From the NCBI GenBank assembly GCA_000004985.1, contig GG738910.1: DNA of 64,000 nt; one strand, written 5' to 3'. Each line of letters begins with the position of its first letter. The first letter of the stretch is position 1. Origin of the DNA: Naegleria gruberi. Lineage: Eukaryota. Made by a program: the position numbers and the translations under genes. Below, piece by piece: positions 31,171-43,819 of this stretch. The notes beneath the pieces were generated by a model. That model made no database searches, was not told the origin of the DNA, and saw only the letters and a program-made list of their open reading frames with translations.

Positions 31171-34100
31171 ATGTTTCCTATCAGACAATTCAATCAACAA
31201 GGGTTGATGAATAGCAATGCTGCTTCCTTTTCCAGTTCAACTACTACCCCAGGTGGCGCTTCTGGAAGTGAATGGACAGGTCGTCCACAAGAGCAAGAAA
31301 TCTTCAATGCCATTTATAATTGCAGCAGCAAGAGCTTGCCTGGATCTCCTTCTCTTGATACCTTCCTTGATAGTGCTCAATTGCAACAATTGGACAACTT
31401 GGCTCGTTGTGAAAAGCAATTCTGTAGAGGAACAACTCCAAGTAATGAAAGCATTGCAGCTCAATGGCTCAATGACTTCTCGAACGTTGGTGAACACCGT
31501 CTCACTCACTTTATCCAATCTCACAGCAACTTGGTTGTATACTTGCCTGATTATCCATATCCTGTGTTTGTATTCAATCTTGGTTATTTGAATAACATTT
31601 GCCAACAAGTGAGCGTCCTGGAGAGTAGAAGAATGTTATCATTGGCTCTTCCACATCTAGAGATTGGAACCTTGCTGAATAGTGAAGTGGTTGTAACCGA
31701 TTTACCATTTGCCAACTCAGCCACCTATCCAACCCTCTACTTGGACATTCCATTGCCAAGCAGTTACAATGGACACTTTAAAAAGTATGTCCCTTCCCCT
31801 GAGACCTTACCTACATTGAAGACCTTGAGAGAGAGCTATGCCTTCCAAAGATCAGTTCCACTCACTCTCGACATTGAACGTGCCTTCAAGTTAGCTCAAG
31901 CAGTTCCATACTTTTTTGGCTCAAAGAGATCGAACCTTGCTACTCAAGTGTTGAGAGAGTGCTACTCTATTGAACCTCACTCAATCTATGTCTATTGTAT
32001 GATCTATATATGCCTCTTTGGTTATACCTTCCAACCTAATGGTAAGGAGGTTAGTGCACTCGACCTGATCATTAGACAAGCACTCTTTGAATGCTCGACC
32101 ATTGATGCCATTGTATTGTTGAGAGCTTCCATAAAACTCTTGGAATTCCCTGAGGGAGCCAAAGGCAATTGGGTCAAGGTCTCTGCAAGAGAATTCAATG
32201 CAGTCAAGATGAAAATCCTTGAATATATTGATGACAAATTCACAAGAATGTTTTACAAATTATTCAATAGTCCAGAAAGTGATTTGTTGAACTATACTGG
32301 CTTCTTACTCATCGCCAACTTGATCAGATCATCAAGATTGGTAGTTGACGATGAGAATCAAGTATTAAGAGCTCTCAGACAATATCTCATTATCAATGCT
32401 GATGTCATTATTGCTGAAAAGTCAAAAATGACAGTTCCTGAGCACATGGCTGAAAGAATTCAACAAATACCAGTCACTCGTGAAATTTACAGCCAAAAAA
32501 AGCAAATACCAAAGAAGCAAATTGAAGTTTTCCAAGAAAGATATGGAAGAATCTTCTTTAGAATTTCCAGATATTCTCAACTTGTTGAAGATGCCATTTG
32601 TTACATGATTGCTGGCATTAGATGGCATTCATTTGGTGATAATGCCTTATCCATGTTGCAATATCTCTATGAAGACTTGAATCACGTTGGTGTTATTACT
32701 GAATTTAGTTTTGATACTTTCTGTTACATGGTCGAATCTCACAGAGATCCAACAACCATGTTGAATAGAACCATTAAGCAAGTTAGTAATGGAAAGGGTG
32801 GTAACAGAAATATCTCTCAAAATATGTTGACTTTCAAGTCAACTGCTGGCAATGGTGTCATGTATCCAAGAGAAATCATGTTGAGCTATAATTGCTTTGA
32901 CAACCGTCATTATTTCCAAACTTTCCACTTGAGTTCTGTTGGTAAGGGTGTTAGATTGAATGATTTGTCCAATTATGCTAGTTATCATGCTCTTAGAATG
33001 AAAGAAAATCGTGTCATTAACAGATTCTTAACCTTTGACATGAAGATTTTCCAATCTTTTATTAGAGATGTTGATGCTATTCAAACCAACAAGTTTGACA
33101 GAATCCTCATCAAGGCACATAATTCCCATGATGAATCCCTTGCCACCTCCTACAATCTCATTACTCGCCATAACAACTTGTTAGCCAACTGTGAAAACAA
33201 GTACAGAAATGGTTATGTCCACGACTGTGTCATGCCTTACAACTTCAACCACTTGATCCAAATACTCAAGAAACAAGTCTTTGCCATGCAACATCCTCAA
33301 TTCATTAACAAGTTGAATAAGGACATTGAAATTGCTGAAAGAAAAGCCAAAAGACTTGCAAGACAACAAGCAAGAAGAGGAAGCATTGCAAGCTCCTCTT
33401 CAAGCACCGAGAGTAATCATCACAATTTCAATGGTGTTGGAATGGATTTCCAAGGACAAGGACACGTTGAAATTGCCTCTTTAAGTGTTGCAGTTGCTCC
33501 CACTCCAAATATCTTGCCAATGATGGCAAATGTATTTAATTGCAGCAATAATCAAACAAGTAGAATACTTGCAGCTCACAACAGAACCATGATGATGAGT
33601 CAATCCAATCAAGGATGTTCCAGCAGTGGTTACAATACTCCATCAGTCACTAATCAAAATTCCAAACAAGGAACCAAACGTACGAGAGAAAGCAAGGAAT
33701 TCCAATTTGTCTTTGAAGATGGAATCAACTCAAACAGAGCAGGTCGTGCTAAGAAGAAGAAGGAATCTATTCAAGGTCAAAATCTTACACTCGAACAACA
33801 AATCAGAGAAAATGCAGACCTATTGAGCTTGAGTGGCGCCAGTAATATTGAAAGAACAGTTGAATTAAATGTTCAACAAGCTCCTCCTTCAAATTTCCAA
33901 ATTCCAACAACCACATTCAGACCAAAGCATTTTGTAAACTTTTTGGTATATAAGGCTGCTGACGAATTCCATTGTAGCTCACCAAATGTTGGACCATCAG
34001 AAGTCGTCTTGGATGAAATCAACTTGCCACTCTACATTTGTCGTCCTTCACACATTAGTCCATCCAGATTTTTAGAAATGATGGATATTAGTTCTATTCT

Positions 34101-34605
34101 AAAGGTCAGCATGAGACAATTCTGTGACATTTTGAATGGTGATGAGGTTCTTGTTGGATTCAAAGATAGTATTAAGGTCCGTGGTGTTCCACAACGTGAT
34201 TTGAATGATCCAACTCTCCATTTCATAGACGAAACTCAAAGAGATCCAGAAGACATTGATTGGGAATCTTTCAATGTCGATGCTTTCTGTGATAGAGTTG
34301 CTGAAGAAGAAATGAAAAAGCAACAACAAAATCAAGAAGTTTACATGCAACAAGTTATGATGAAACAATTCGAAATGATGCATCAACAACCTGCTAACAT
34401 GTTGGAAGATGAAGGATCAGTTTTTGATTTGTTGATTTCAAGTCCACTTGGAGCAAACATGATGCATCAAAATTCAATGATATCTGGCAACGTGGAAGAA
34501 ATGTTTAATAGCTTCCTGGATCCAATTGTTGAAGAAATGAATGAATTGGAAGAAGCTGGTCAATGTGATCTCTTCAAATATGATGAATTTCAACCTCATC
34601 CATAA
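31171..34605 (+). CDS. large (about 1145 aa) hypothetical protein; no domain recognised; Q/N/M-rich C-terminus
   Basis: The ORF track begins at an alternative TTG (31111). The first ATG is at 31171. Confidence 0.5.
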   Translation: MFPIRQFNQQGLMNSNAASFSSSTTTPGGASGSEWTGRPQEQEIFNAIYNCSSKSLPGSPSLDTFLDSAQLQQLDNLARCEKQFCRGTTPSNESIAAQWLNDFSNVGEHRLTHFIQSHSNLVVYLPDYPYPVFVFNLGYLNNICQQVSVLESRRMLSLALPHLEIGTLLNSEVVVTDLPFANSATYPTLYLDIPLPSSYNGHFKKYVPSPETLPTLKTLRESYAFQRSVPLTLDIERAFKLAQAVPYFFGSKRSNLATQVLRECYSIEPHSIYVYCMIYICLFGYTFQPNGKEVSALDLIIRQALFECSTIDAIVLLRASIKLLEFPEGAKGNWVKVSAREFNAVKMKILEYIDDKFTRMFYKLFNSPESDLLNYTGFLLIANLIRSSRLVVDDENQVLRALRQYLIINADVIIAEKSKMTVPEHMAERIQQIPVTREIYSQKKQIPKKQIEVFQERYGRIFFRISRYSQLVEDAICYMIAGIRWHSFGDNALSMLQYLYEDLNHVGVITEFSFDTFCYMVESHRDPTTMLNRTIKQVSNGKGGNRNISQNMLTFKSTAGNGVMYPREIMLSYNCFDNRHYFQTFHLSSVGKGVRLNDLSNYASYHALRMKENRVINRFLTFDMKIFQSFIRDVDAIQTNKFDRILIKAHNSHDESLATSYNLITRHNNLLANCENKYRNGYVHDCVMPYNFNHLIQILKKQVFAMQHPQFINKLNKDIEIAERKAKRLARQQARRGSIASSSSSTESNHHNFNGVGMDFQGQGHVEIASLSVAVAPTPNILPMMANVFNCSNNQTSRILAAHNRTMMMSQSNQGCSSSGYNTPSVTNQNSKQGTKRTRESKEFQFVFEDGINSNRAGRAKKKKESIQGQNLTLEQQIRENADLLSLSGASNIERTVELNVQQAPPSNFQIPTTTFRPKHFVNFLVYKAADEFHCSSPNVGPSEVVLDEINLPLYICRPSHISPSRFLEMMDISSILKVSMRQFCDILNGDEVLVGFKDSIKVRGVPQRDLNDPTLHFIDETQRDPEDIDWESFNVDAFCDRVAEEEMKKQQQNQEVYMQQVMMKQFEMMHQQPANMLEDEGSVFDLLISSPLGANMMHQNSMISGNVEEMFNSFLDPIVEEMNELEEAGQCDLFKYDEFQPHP

Positions 34606-35835
34606 ATTGTAAATAGAAGAATATTAAGGCAAACCATCTGATGAGAAACATTGGAAGGAAATTTGTAATTTTAGAATAAATTGTACATATAACATGTTGA
34701 TGAAAACCAATTGAATGTTAAATCAAATCGCTCGTTCCAGCTAAAATTGTTCATGTCATGTATGTATGTATGTGTTCATGAAGTGATATTAGCAAATGTG
34801 CATGTGTTCATGTATTGCATGCATTCATTCAATAAGACTGAATTAACAGATGATGTGAAGATGAGAATTCATTATTCATGCATGTGTTCTCAGTTTACTC
34901 TTGAGAATGGACAGCATGTGTGCAACATCTGATGTGTTTTCCATCCTCCTTCATTGAATGCTTGAATTATATAATAACCGAACAGATGGCATGAATGCTC
35001 TCCATCAACATTAACATCCAAACATCTTAACATCTATGCAAATTAATTATTACATTTCTTCTCCCCGAATCTTTGCATACATACATACATACACATCCAT
35101 CTATTCATGGTGGTCAATATATAATAATTATCTTTCTCTAATACGTTGTATAAAAACATACTTAATACAGTCTGGTCTTGATGTAATATTGCTCCTGCTG
35201 CTTAATGAAAAACACTCATTCCTGACCAGGAGGCGGACAAAAGCATCTCGTTTTGATTTTTTATCACATTTATCAATTTATGGATTGTCCTCTCATGAAA
35301 TTTATTGAGGATGGAGATAGTAGGGACCTTTAAAGGGTGTTGACCACAATGAACCTTAAGGATGAAACAAATGGTGAGGAAGTGTTTTTGCGCAGTTAAG
35401 TGTGTTTGAAATATTTCATGGCACTTGTTTCAAAAGTCTTCAAGAATTCTGAAGCTAATTGTAAATTGATATTATGTTCGATTCCATAGAAGAACCTACA
35501 ATATTGCTAAGGTGTTGTAACACCAACTAAGGTTTGGCCGAAATGTAAAATGGTGTAACAAATTGATTCTGGGGCGTTTGTCCTCACCTACAACACTGTA
35601 CTTTGCAAAAAACTTTTATTTGAGCTAAGAGAATGGCCCATTTTCATAATTGGGTTCTTAATACTCCAAATTGATTGAATGTTCGATTTACAATCCATAA
35701 ACTATTACATCTTTCTTTTTGATGCGTGCATTTTCTTGTGTAAAGTTTCAACGTTCACTCATTGTTTGAATTACAAGATAAAAACATCTGCTTAATACAA
35801 ATTTTCAAAAGATCTGGTAATGTGCAGCCGATTCT

Positions 35836-37719
35836 TTATGTTTGCTTGAACAATCCTGTTATTAGGAAGGTATTTGGATAAAGTGCTCTCACATTTTCTT
35901 CATTCCAATCATCCAAATTTTGTATAAAATCATGATAAATAATTCGACTCTTGATATGTTTGTACATTTCCTGATTTTCATTCTTGTGAAGGAATTCATA
36001 GATTTGTGAAGTGAGTTCAGCATTAGTTGGTTTGCTGGTGAGGGAGGATACTTCTCTGAAGAGAGTTCTCAGAGAGATGTGTGTTGAAAATATCGAATTG
36101 GAACTAATTGAGGCCTGAGGCGTTGATCCTTTGTGTAAAGTCGCAATCATCCAAAAGCTAGGATTGGATTGACGATTTTTGGAAATAATTGAATCCATTT
36201 CATTGATCCAATTGGCTCTGATTGGTTTGCTGTTAGATTCCATGAAGAGAAAATATTCATAATTATTGAAAATCGAATCATCTTGCATTACCTTACTGAG
36301 AATTGCTTCCTGAGTTTCAGTATATTTGAAACTAATCTTGTTGAAACAGTGAGAATATTTAGTGGTCTTTTGGTTCACATCCGATTCAAATGTTTCGTCC
36401 TTTCTGTGAGTCATGTAAATCACCAAATCAACTTTCATGCTTGTTGGATAATTCCAACATGGCGAATATTTGTTTTCATTCCACAAATCCAATTTTTTCA
36501 ACACGTTCGATTTTTCATTTTCCTTCACTGGGATTACTATTGCCAAGCCCTTTTCATATTCAATATTCCTAATGTGAGGTTTGTTTGGATCCCCCTTTCT
36601 CAAATAAATAACAAATTCTGAATCTGGAATTCCAGCTCTATTTCCTGGATTTCCCCATAATCGAGGATCCGTTTCACATACCAAACCTGCCTTGTGAATG
36701 AAGAGTGAGAAAACCGATTGGTCTTGTCTGTGGTTAGCCAAGCTAGAGCCCTTTGGAGCAATACATTCAGAATTCCAAGCACACTCCAGGGTTGGCAATA
36801 GAACATTCTTATAAGCTGGCGAATCTTTGATATATCCTTGAATACCACCACTACACATGACCTTTGGTCCATATTCTTTTTGGCTGAATCCCAAATAATT
36901 GAATGTGGAAATGTGAGTGAGCTCACCAACTGTTCCACAACACTTCCATCCAGTGGTCAATCCCTCCTGAACCACATGGAAATATCCCTTCTCCATCAAA
37001 ATCGACTCGTATCGATCCAATCGATTCCAAACTTCCACTCCACTATCCAAAAAGAAAATTGCTGGATATCTCTGTAATGCTAAATACATAACCAGTGGCT
37101 TCCAGGCAAATGATTTCAAATTATTAAAGTGAGATGGTAACAATTTGAAATCAATATCAACCACTTCTACATTTTTAAAAGTTTTTGCTCTTTGAACTTG
37201 TTCACTTGTCATTCCTAAATTATAAACAATTATTGGTCTGCTTTCAGATGTCAAATAACTATTCCAATTCCACCAATACGAAGATTTATCAGATATCATT
37301 CTTTCAATATTCGAATCCTTATTCAAAAAACTTGCTTGAATATTAAATAATTTCTCCTTAGTTTCGTATATTCTATGAATGGATCCAACAAAATTTTCAA
37401 ATCTTTCAAAATAACCAGAAGAAACAGCCGTTACAATATATGGATTACCATGTTGCTGGAGTGGATACTTCATACTTGCTGTATTTCGTGTTAGAATTTC
37501 CAATACTTGCTTCATGGATAATGATTTTCCATTATTATTATTATGCAAATAATAACAATAATCGGAAAGTGTCGATGATTCTCCATTCGGATGATAATAA
37601 TTTGGTGTTGATGATCCACGTGACCACGACCACCAAATAATCTGTATCAATATAAAAGTGGAGACAATTCCGAAAATTGCAACTAAAATTTTCTTCTTTC
37701 TTGTGGTGGGCATTGTCAA
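35836..37719 (-). CDS. type II membrane protein, Golgi glycosyltransferase-like (family not recognised)
   Basis: 627 aa. N-terminal KKKILVAIFGIVSTFILIQIIWW signal-anchor, then a large lumenal domain with Cys pairs. Confidence 0.4.
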   Translation of the reverse strand: MTMPTTRKKKILVAIFGIVSTFILIQIIWWSWSRGSSTPNYYHPNGESSTLSDYCYYLHNNNNGKSLSMKQVLEILTRNTASMKYPLQQHGNPYIVTAVSSGYFERFENFVGSIHRIYETKEKLFNIQASFLNKDSNIERMISDKSSYWWNWNSYLTSESRPIIVYNLGMTSEQVQRAKTFKNVEVVDIDFKLLPSHFNNLKSFAWKPLVMYLALQRYPAIFFLDSGVEVWNRLDRYESILMEKGYFHVVQEGLTTGWKCCGTVGELTHISTFNYLGFSQKEYGPKVMCSGGIQGYIKDSPAYKNVLLPTLECAWNSECIAPKGSSLANHRQDQSVFSLFIHKAGLVCETDPRLWGNPGNRAGIPDSEFVIYLRKGDPNKPHIRNIEYEKGLAIVIPVKENEKSNVLKKLDLWNENKYSPCWNYPTSMKVDLVIYMTHRKDETFESDVNQKTTKYSHCFNKISFKYTETQEAILSKVMQDDSIFNNYEYFLFMESNSKPIRANWINEMDSIISKNRQSNPSFWMIATLHKGSTPQASISSNSIFSTHISLRTLFREVSSLTSKPTNAELTSQIYEFLHKNENQEMYKHIKSRIIYHDFIQNLDDWNEENVRALYPNTFLITGLFKQT

Positions 37720-37884
37720 GTTATTTTTTTTAAACTTTTTTTTAAAAGAATTATTAAATAGTTAAATAGTTAAATATATTTAATATATTAAAAATTAATT
37801 GTAATTGTAATATTTAAATTCCTTATTAGGATAGAAACGCCCTTAAAAAAAATTGGTCTCTCAGAATTAACGCCTTAGAAAAAA

Positions 37885-40320
37885 ATGAGTCAACAACAAT
37901 TCGTTGGGAATGGAAGCCCGCCAAATATTTCAACTACTTCTATGAATGCTGCTGCTACTAATACTACTACTGGTAATGTTGTGGTTGGTACCTCAACAAC
38001 ACCATCAACAAACACTGGGAATGTGGGAGGGATATCGAATGGTGCTGGAACAGCTTCCCTTAAAACCTCACCGAATGATCTGTTGCTGAATTTACGTAAA
38101 TACACGAACAAATTGTTGGAGATTAATGGAACAAATCAAGTGGTTTCTGTTCCTTCGAACGTTGGTGTTGGAAAAGAGGTTGCACAGCCTCTTGCTTCTC
38201 TCTCCACTCCGACACTGAACCTTAATCAAAATATTGAGGAGAATAGAAATAATCAACAAATTGAAGAGGAAAGAGTGGAACCACAACAAGTATTCAAAAT
38301 TCCTCAACAGCAAACAAGTAGACCAGCAAGTCCAAAAAGGAGTGAAAGTTTGGTGATAATGGATGACCAAATTTCGGATATTGAAAGTGTTACTGATAAT
38401 GACCAGAGTAATACTAGCAAAACAGTTGTAAATTATAGAGATTTAGAAGTGAAAAAGTGTTATGATATTATTTTCAAGCTAAGAAATAGGCTTGCTAAGG
38501 AAAAGGAAAAGAATGATCAACAGGAAAGAAGAAAGGAAGATTCCACAAAGATGCTAGGAAAGTTAATTGATCATTATAAATCGGAAAACTCTAGATTGAT
38601 TCAACAATTAGATTTACTGAGAAGAGATTCTGATGCACAAATTGAGGAACAGTTACATCAGATGAATGATTTGAGGATTTCAAACTTTACTCTATCAGAA
38701 GAAATTAACATTCTAAGAAATTCAGTGAACATTGAGAAACAAAAAGGAGATCAAGATATTGAGAGACACATTAGAGAAAAGTCAAAAACACAATCAGAGT
38801 TAATTGAATGTAAAAGGGAAAATTCCAAACTTAGAGAAACAATAATGGTGCTGGAAGAAAATATTAAAAAGGCAGAACTCAACGCAGCAGAATCTGTGAA
38901 AAATTTTGAGGAAATTGAAATACCATCATTGAAAAGAAAGTGTGGGTATTACGAAAAGACAATCTCTGATTTGGAAAAGAAACTAGATGAGATTCGGAAA
39001 GATCAAGAACGGTCTGTGAATCAACATGTGGAGAGATTTAAATCAAAAGAAGCAGTCATGGGAGAAACCATCAAGCGATTGGAAGAAGATTTGAAAAAGC
39101 AACGAGAATCAATGAAGCAAAACTCCAATTCAAGTTCAGAGGAGAAGAAGCAACTTGAAATTCAATTGAAAGAACAAGTTAATTTGAATGATGAAACAAG
39201 ATTAGAATTGGCTAATTTAAAGTCTTCTCTAGAGGATATAGAAGTTAACATGTTGAATCACCTCATTCAAGAACATGAAGAATTAATTATTGAAGTTTCT
39301 CAAATGGATGCTTTTATGACTGAGGTATTTTCAGTAAAATCAAGAAAGGAAATTAAGAGATTGGTGACTGAAAATTTGGAACTCAAGAATCAATTGAGTT
39401 TGATGAATGAACAATACGAGATTAACAAAAAGCAACTCCAACACGCAACTCTTGAATTGGATGAACTAAAATCTTCCTTCAATAAGGGTGATCAAGTGTT
39501 GAGTCAATTAGAGAACCAAAGAAAGACTCAATCTGAGAGACATAGAATAGAATTGGAAGAATTGAGAACAGAAATGAGAAATTTTACAATTTCACAAAAA
39601 GCAGAAAAAGAGAACTTGTTAGATTTGTTGGACAATACCAAAACTCAACTGGATACTTGCCAACATAAAATGGAGCAAATGCAACTGGAAAGAAGTGATG
39701 GCCAAAAAGAGGTTCAATACCTCAGAAAAAGAAACTCTGAGCTTGAAACTCAACTTCTCAACGCAGAATCAGATAGACAAAGATTGGTTTCAGAAGTTTC
39801 CAATCTTAATTGTACATTAGATCAATTGAGAGATGAAGTCGATGCCAAGAACGATGAAAATAGAAAGATTGTAGAGCAATCAAGATCTTCCATGCAATCT
39901 ATTCAAGTCAAACTCAACAGAGACCAACAAATCTATCAGAAGAGTGAATATGATTGGAATCAAAAAGTGAAACATCTGAATGATATGGTACTTCAAGCGG
40001 AGTACAATCTTTCGGAATATAAAAAGAAGTACAAGGAAGAAATTAGCAGCTTTAATAATGATTTAATTATGAGGCAACAACAAATTGAAAGTTTACAAAC
40101 CGATGTCCAAAGAATGAAACAGGAAGGCATGTCTATTACAGCTCAAAACAAGAAAGACTTGGATGTGAGAGAACAGGAAATTCAAAAGATCAAGAGAGAA
40201 AAACAACAATTAGAGCATTCAATTGTTCAAAAAGAAAGAGAGAAAGACTCATTCAAACTGAGATTGGAAATGATGGAAAGAGAATTATCAAGACTGAAAT
40301 CTCAATATAATGTAAAGTAA
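37885..40320 (+). CDS. long coiled-coil protein (E/K/Q/L heptad-rich, S/T/N-rich head)
   Basis: 811 aa. About 650 aa of uninterrupted heptad-like charged sequence. Confidence 0.55.
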   Translation: MSQQQFVGNGSPPNISTTSMNAAATNTTTGNVVVGTSTTPSTNTGNVGGISNGAGTASLKTSPNDLLLNLRKYTNKLLEINGTNQVVSVPSNVGVGKEVAQPLASLSTPTLNLNQNIEENRNNQQIEEERVEPQQVFKIPQQQTSRPASPKRSESLVIMDDQISDIESVTDNDQSNTSKTVVNYRDLEVKKCYDIIFKLRNRLAKEKEKNDQQERRKEDSTKMLGKLIDHYKSENSRLIQQLDLLRRDSDAQIEEQLHQMNDLRISNFTLSEEINILRNSVNIEKQKGDQDIERHIREKSKTQSELIECKRENSKLRETIMVLEENIKKAELNAAESVKNFEEIEIPSLKRKCGYYEKTISDLEKKLDEIRKDQERSVNQHVERFKSKEAVMGETIKRLEEDLKKQRESMKQNSNSSSEEKKQLEIQLKEQVNLNDETRLELANLKSSLEDIEVNMLNHLIQEHEELIIEVSQMDAFMTEVFSVKSRKEIKRLVTENLELKNQLSLMNEQYEINKKQLQHATLELDELKSSFNKGDQVLSQLENQRKTQSERHRIELEELRTEMRNFTISQKAEKENLLDLLDNTKTQLDTCQHKMEQMQLERSDGQKEVQYLRKRNSELETQLLNAESDRQRLVSEVSNLNCTLDQLRDEVDAKNDENRKIVEQSRSSMQSIQVKLNRDQQIYQKSEYDWNQKVKHLNDMVLQAEYNLSEYKKKYKEEISSFNNDLIMRQQQIESLQTDVQRMKQEGMSITAQNKKDLDVREQEIQKIKREKQQLEHSIVQKEREKDSFKLRLEMMERELSRLKSQYNVK

Positions 40321-40381
40321 AAAGTTAGTACTTGTAAAATAAATAACTAGGATTAAAAGACGAAGACTATATATTACATAT

Positions 40382-43117
40382 TTATTGACCCAACAATTTG
40401 GTTCTCAAGACGTATGGCAAGATACCACCATGCTTGAAGTATTCAAGTTCTGGTTCAGTATCGAATCTCAAAATTGTGGTGAATTCCTTGACATTTTCGT
40501 TACCAGTAACAGAGACAGTAACTTCTTGGAATGGCTTCATACCAGCAGACAAATCAATGCTGAATTGTTCCTTACCAGTCAAACCCAAAGAGTCAGCACT
40601 TTGGCCTTCCTTGAATTGCAATGGAATGATACCCATACCAGCCAAGTTAGATCTGTGGATTCTTTCGAAAGAGGTAGCAATAACAGCCTTAACTCCCAAA
40701 AGATATGGACCCTTAGCAGCCCAATCTCTTGATGAACCTGAACCATATTGTTCACCACCAATAACGATCAATTCGTTACCAGCTTCACGATACTTGACGG
40801 AAGCATCGAAAACTGAAACAGCTTCACCAGATGGAACGTGGAGAGAAATTGGACCTGGTTTACCGATCATCTTATTGTAAAGTCTAACGTTAGCAAAAGT
40901 ACCTCTGACCATGACTTCATCGTTACCACGACGAGCACCATAAGTGTTAAAGTCCTTTCTTTCAACACCTCTTTCCAAGAGATATTGAGCAGCAGATGAC
41001 TTCAATGAGATACTACCAGCTGGAGAAATGTGGTCAGTAGTAGTGAAATCACCCAAATTCAACAAACAGTAAGCATCCTTAATTGGCTTGCTTTCATTGG
41101 TTTGAGATTCAACAGCCTTGAAGAATGGTGGATCGTGAATATAAGTTGACTTTTCATCCCATGGATACAACATGCTTTCTGGAGCATCCAACTTATTCCA
41201 GTTATCAGTACCCAAAGCAATCTTTTCATAGACAGACTTGAACATTTCTGGAAGAACATTGTTAGTGACACATTCTTGAACTTCTTCGTGAGTTGGCCAA
41301 ATGTCTCTCAAGAAAACTGGTTGATTAGTGGTTGGATTGACACCCAATGGTTGAGTTTCAAAATCAATCTTAACATTACCAGCAAGAGCATAAGCAACAA
41401 CCAAAGGTGGAGAAGCCAAATAGTTAGCTTGGACAATTGGGTGAACACGAGCTTCAAAGTTTCTGTTACCAGACAAAACTGAAGCAGAAACCAAGTTGGA
41501 ATTAACAATAGTTTCATGAACAACTTCTGGCAATTCACCAGAGTTACCAATACAAGTCATACAACCATAACCAACAACGTTGAAACCCAACTTGTCAAGA
41601 TATCCTTGCAAACCAGACTTAGTCATATATTCAGAAACGACACCTGAACCTGGTGAGAGAGATGTCTTAATGTATGGATTAACAGTCAATCCTTGTTCTA
41701 CAGCCTTCTTGGCAAGCAAAGCAGCAGCAAGCATGACAGAAGGATTTGAGGTATTTGTACAACTGGTAATAGCAGAAATAACAACTGAACCATGAGTTAA
41801 ATTGTACTTCTTTCCTTGATATTCAATTTCAACAGTCTTTTCAGAATCTTCAGCTGGAATTTCGAATCCCTTGAAACCTCTCTTGGCAGTCAAACCTTCC
41901 TTGAATTCCTTATGGACATCAGTCAAAGAGACACGATCGTGTGGTCTCTTTGGACCAGCCAAAGATGGAACAACAGTAGTCAAATCAAGTTCCAATTTAG
42001 CACTATAACGAATGTTAGCAGCATCTGAATCAGATGTGACGAATAACTTTTGAGCCTTCAAATATTCAGCAACCAAAGCAACCTTCTTTTCATCTCTGTT
42101 AGATTGTTTCAAGAAAGTAAGAGTAGTGTTATCAATTGGGAAGAAACCCATAGTAGCACCATATTCTGGAGCCATGTTTGAAATAGTGGCACGATCAGCA
42201 ACAGACAAGTTATTGACACCTTCACCATAGAATTCAACAAACTTTCCGACAACACCCAACTTTCTCAAGTTTTGAGTAAGAGTCAAAACCAAATCAGTAG
42301 CAGTAGCAGCACCAGTCAATTTACCAGTTAATTTGTAACCAACAACTTCTGGCAAAACCATGGCACTTGGTTGACCAAGCATGGCAGCTTCAGCTTCAAT
42401 ACCACCAACACCCCAACCTAAAACACCCAAACCATTGATCATAGTAGTGTGTGAATCAGTACCAACCAATGAATCTGGATATAACAAAGCTTGTAAATTA
42501 TTTTCCTTATCAGTTGATGAAAGTTCTTCATTATTTTCAAAAACAACTCTAGCCAAATATTCCAAGTTAACTTGATGGACAATACCACTTCCTGGTGGAA
42601 CAATTTGCAAATTCTTGAAGGCCTTGCTACCCCACTTTAAGAACTTGAATCTTTCATAGTTTCTATTGAATTCCTTTTCTTGATTTTGTTGTAAAGCATC
42701 CTTTGAACCAAAGTCATCAACTTGAACACTGTGATCGATAACCAAATCAACAGGAACAAGTGGATTAACATTAGCTGGATTACCACCGAGTCTCTTGACA
42801 GCATCACGAATAGCAGCCAAATCGACAACAGCAGGAACACCAGTAAAGTCTTGCATCAAAACTCTAGCTGGTTTGAATGGAATTTCAATAGACTTCTTGC
42901 TTGATTCTTCCCAGTTAAGGATCTTTTCAACATCTTCCTTCAAGACAGCAAATTCATCACAATTTCTTACACAATTTTCCAACAAGACACGAATACAGAA
43001 AGGGAGAGTATCGAGTCTATCGTCCTTCAATTCAGGTAAGCTAAAGTATTTATACTTGCCACCGTTAACTTCGAGAGAACGAGCAACGCTTTCAAATGGA
43101 TTTGGTTGTGCTGGCAT
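40382..43117 (-). CDS. cytoplasmic aconitate hydratase / iron regulatory protein 1-like (ACO1 family)
   Basis: 911 aa. The N-terminus [32 protein letters not shown] and the spacing of downstream conserved aconitase blocks match ACO1/IRP1. Confidence 0.93.
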   Translation of the reverse strand: MPAQPNPFESVARSLEVNGGKYKYFSLPELKDDRLDTLPFCIRVLLENCVRNCDEFAVLKEDVEKILNWEESSKKSIEIPFKPARVLMQDFTGVPAVVDLAAIRDAVKRLGGNPANVNPLVPVDLVIDHSVQVDDFGSKDALQQNQEKEFNRNYERFKFLKWGSKAFKNLQIVPPGSGIVHQVNLEYLARVVFENNEELSSTDKENNLQALLYPDSLVGTDSHTTMINGLGVLGWGVGGIEAEAAMLGQPSAMVLPEVVGYKLTGKLTGAATATDLVLTLTQNLRKLGVVGKFVEFYGEGVNNLSVADRATISNMAPEYGATMGFFPIDNTTLTFLKQSNRDEKKVALVAEYLKAQKLFVTSDSDAANIRYSAKLELDLTTVVPSLAGPKRPHDRVSLTDVHKEFKEGLTAKRGFKGFEIPAEDSEKTVEIEYQGKKYNLTHGSVVISAITSCTNTSNPSVMLAAALLAKKAVEQGLTVNPYIKTSLSPGSGVVSEYMTKSGLQGYLDKLGFNVVGYGCMTCIGNSGELPEVVHETIVNSNLVSASVLSGNRNFEARVHPIVQANYLASPPLVVAYALAGNVKIDFETQPLGVNPTTNQPVFLRDIWPTHEEVQECVTNNVLPEMFKSVYEKIALGTDNWNKLDAPESMLYPWDEKSTYIHDPPFFKAVESQTNESKPIKDAYCLLNLGDFTTTDHISPAGSISLKSSAAQYLLERGVERKDFNTYGARRGNDEVMVRGTFANVRLYNKMIGKPGPISLHVPSGEAVSVFDASVKYREAGNELIVIGGEQYGSGSSRDWAAKGPYLLGVKAVIATSFERIHRSNLAGMGIIPLQFKEGQSADSLGLTGKEQFSIDLSAGMKPFQEVTVSVTGNENVKEFTTILRFDTEPELEYFKHGGILPYVLRTKLLGQ

Positions 43118-43819
43118 TCTGATGATGATTTATTTCTTGTGTTTGATGAAGATGAATCAGCAACAACAGAGAAGGGTTGGAAATTTTTTTTAAAAGTGCT
43201 GTTGAAAACTTGTTGCGATCAAAAGCTTCGAAGGAGAAAGCTGCAACCTTTATCAATCCGCTTATTGTGGACGCGACTTTTAAGCTTCATTCGGAAAAGC
43301 AAAAGACGCGAATTTTTTATCAAGGTGGAAGAGAACAGATCAAGTCACAATAATTCATGGTACTTTGATTCTCATCATGAATTGAATTTAACCCAATTCA
43401 TCATGATATGTAAAGAAATTGTGTTGTGGTAGTAAAAGAAATTTGTTTTTGAATTTTTTGTAATACTTCGGTCAGTTCTTGTATCGGAGAAATTTTCCAT
43501 TGTGTTTTAATAAATGAACGAGAAGAAGATGATGACGATTGGTGCATAGTTGTTGGTGAAAGTTAACAAATATTGTTGTAATAATTGGCTGTAGTTGTTG
43601 ATAGTTAAATTTGTTGTGGAGGTTTCATCAACTACTTCAACTGAAAGGCATACCAAATGTGATTTTTCAGATTGATGCATTAAGAAGCTTCATTAGATGA
43701 AGAAGGAGAACAAGTTTACAATGGACAATTTACTTCATAATTATTTGATGACAATTTTCTATGCAATGATGAACATTAAATGGGAAAGCAAATGAAAGAA
43801 GGGATAAGAACTGAAAAAA

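Noticed and set aside
41862-41885. tRNA T-loop-like ATTTCGAATCCC (also tgttcgaac at about 20823)
   Set aside because: The first lies inside the aconitase coding sequence. Neither has an acceptor stem, D-arm or anticodon-arm context, and no cloverleaf could be built.
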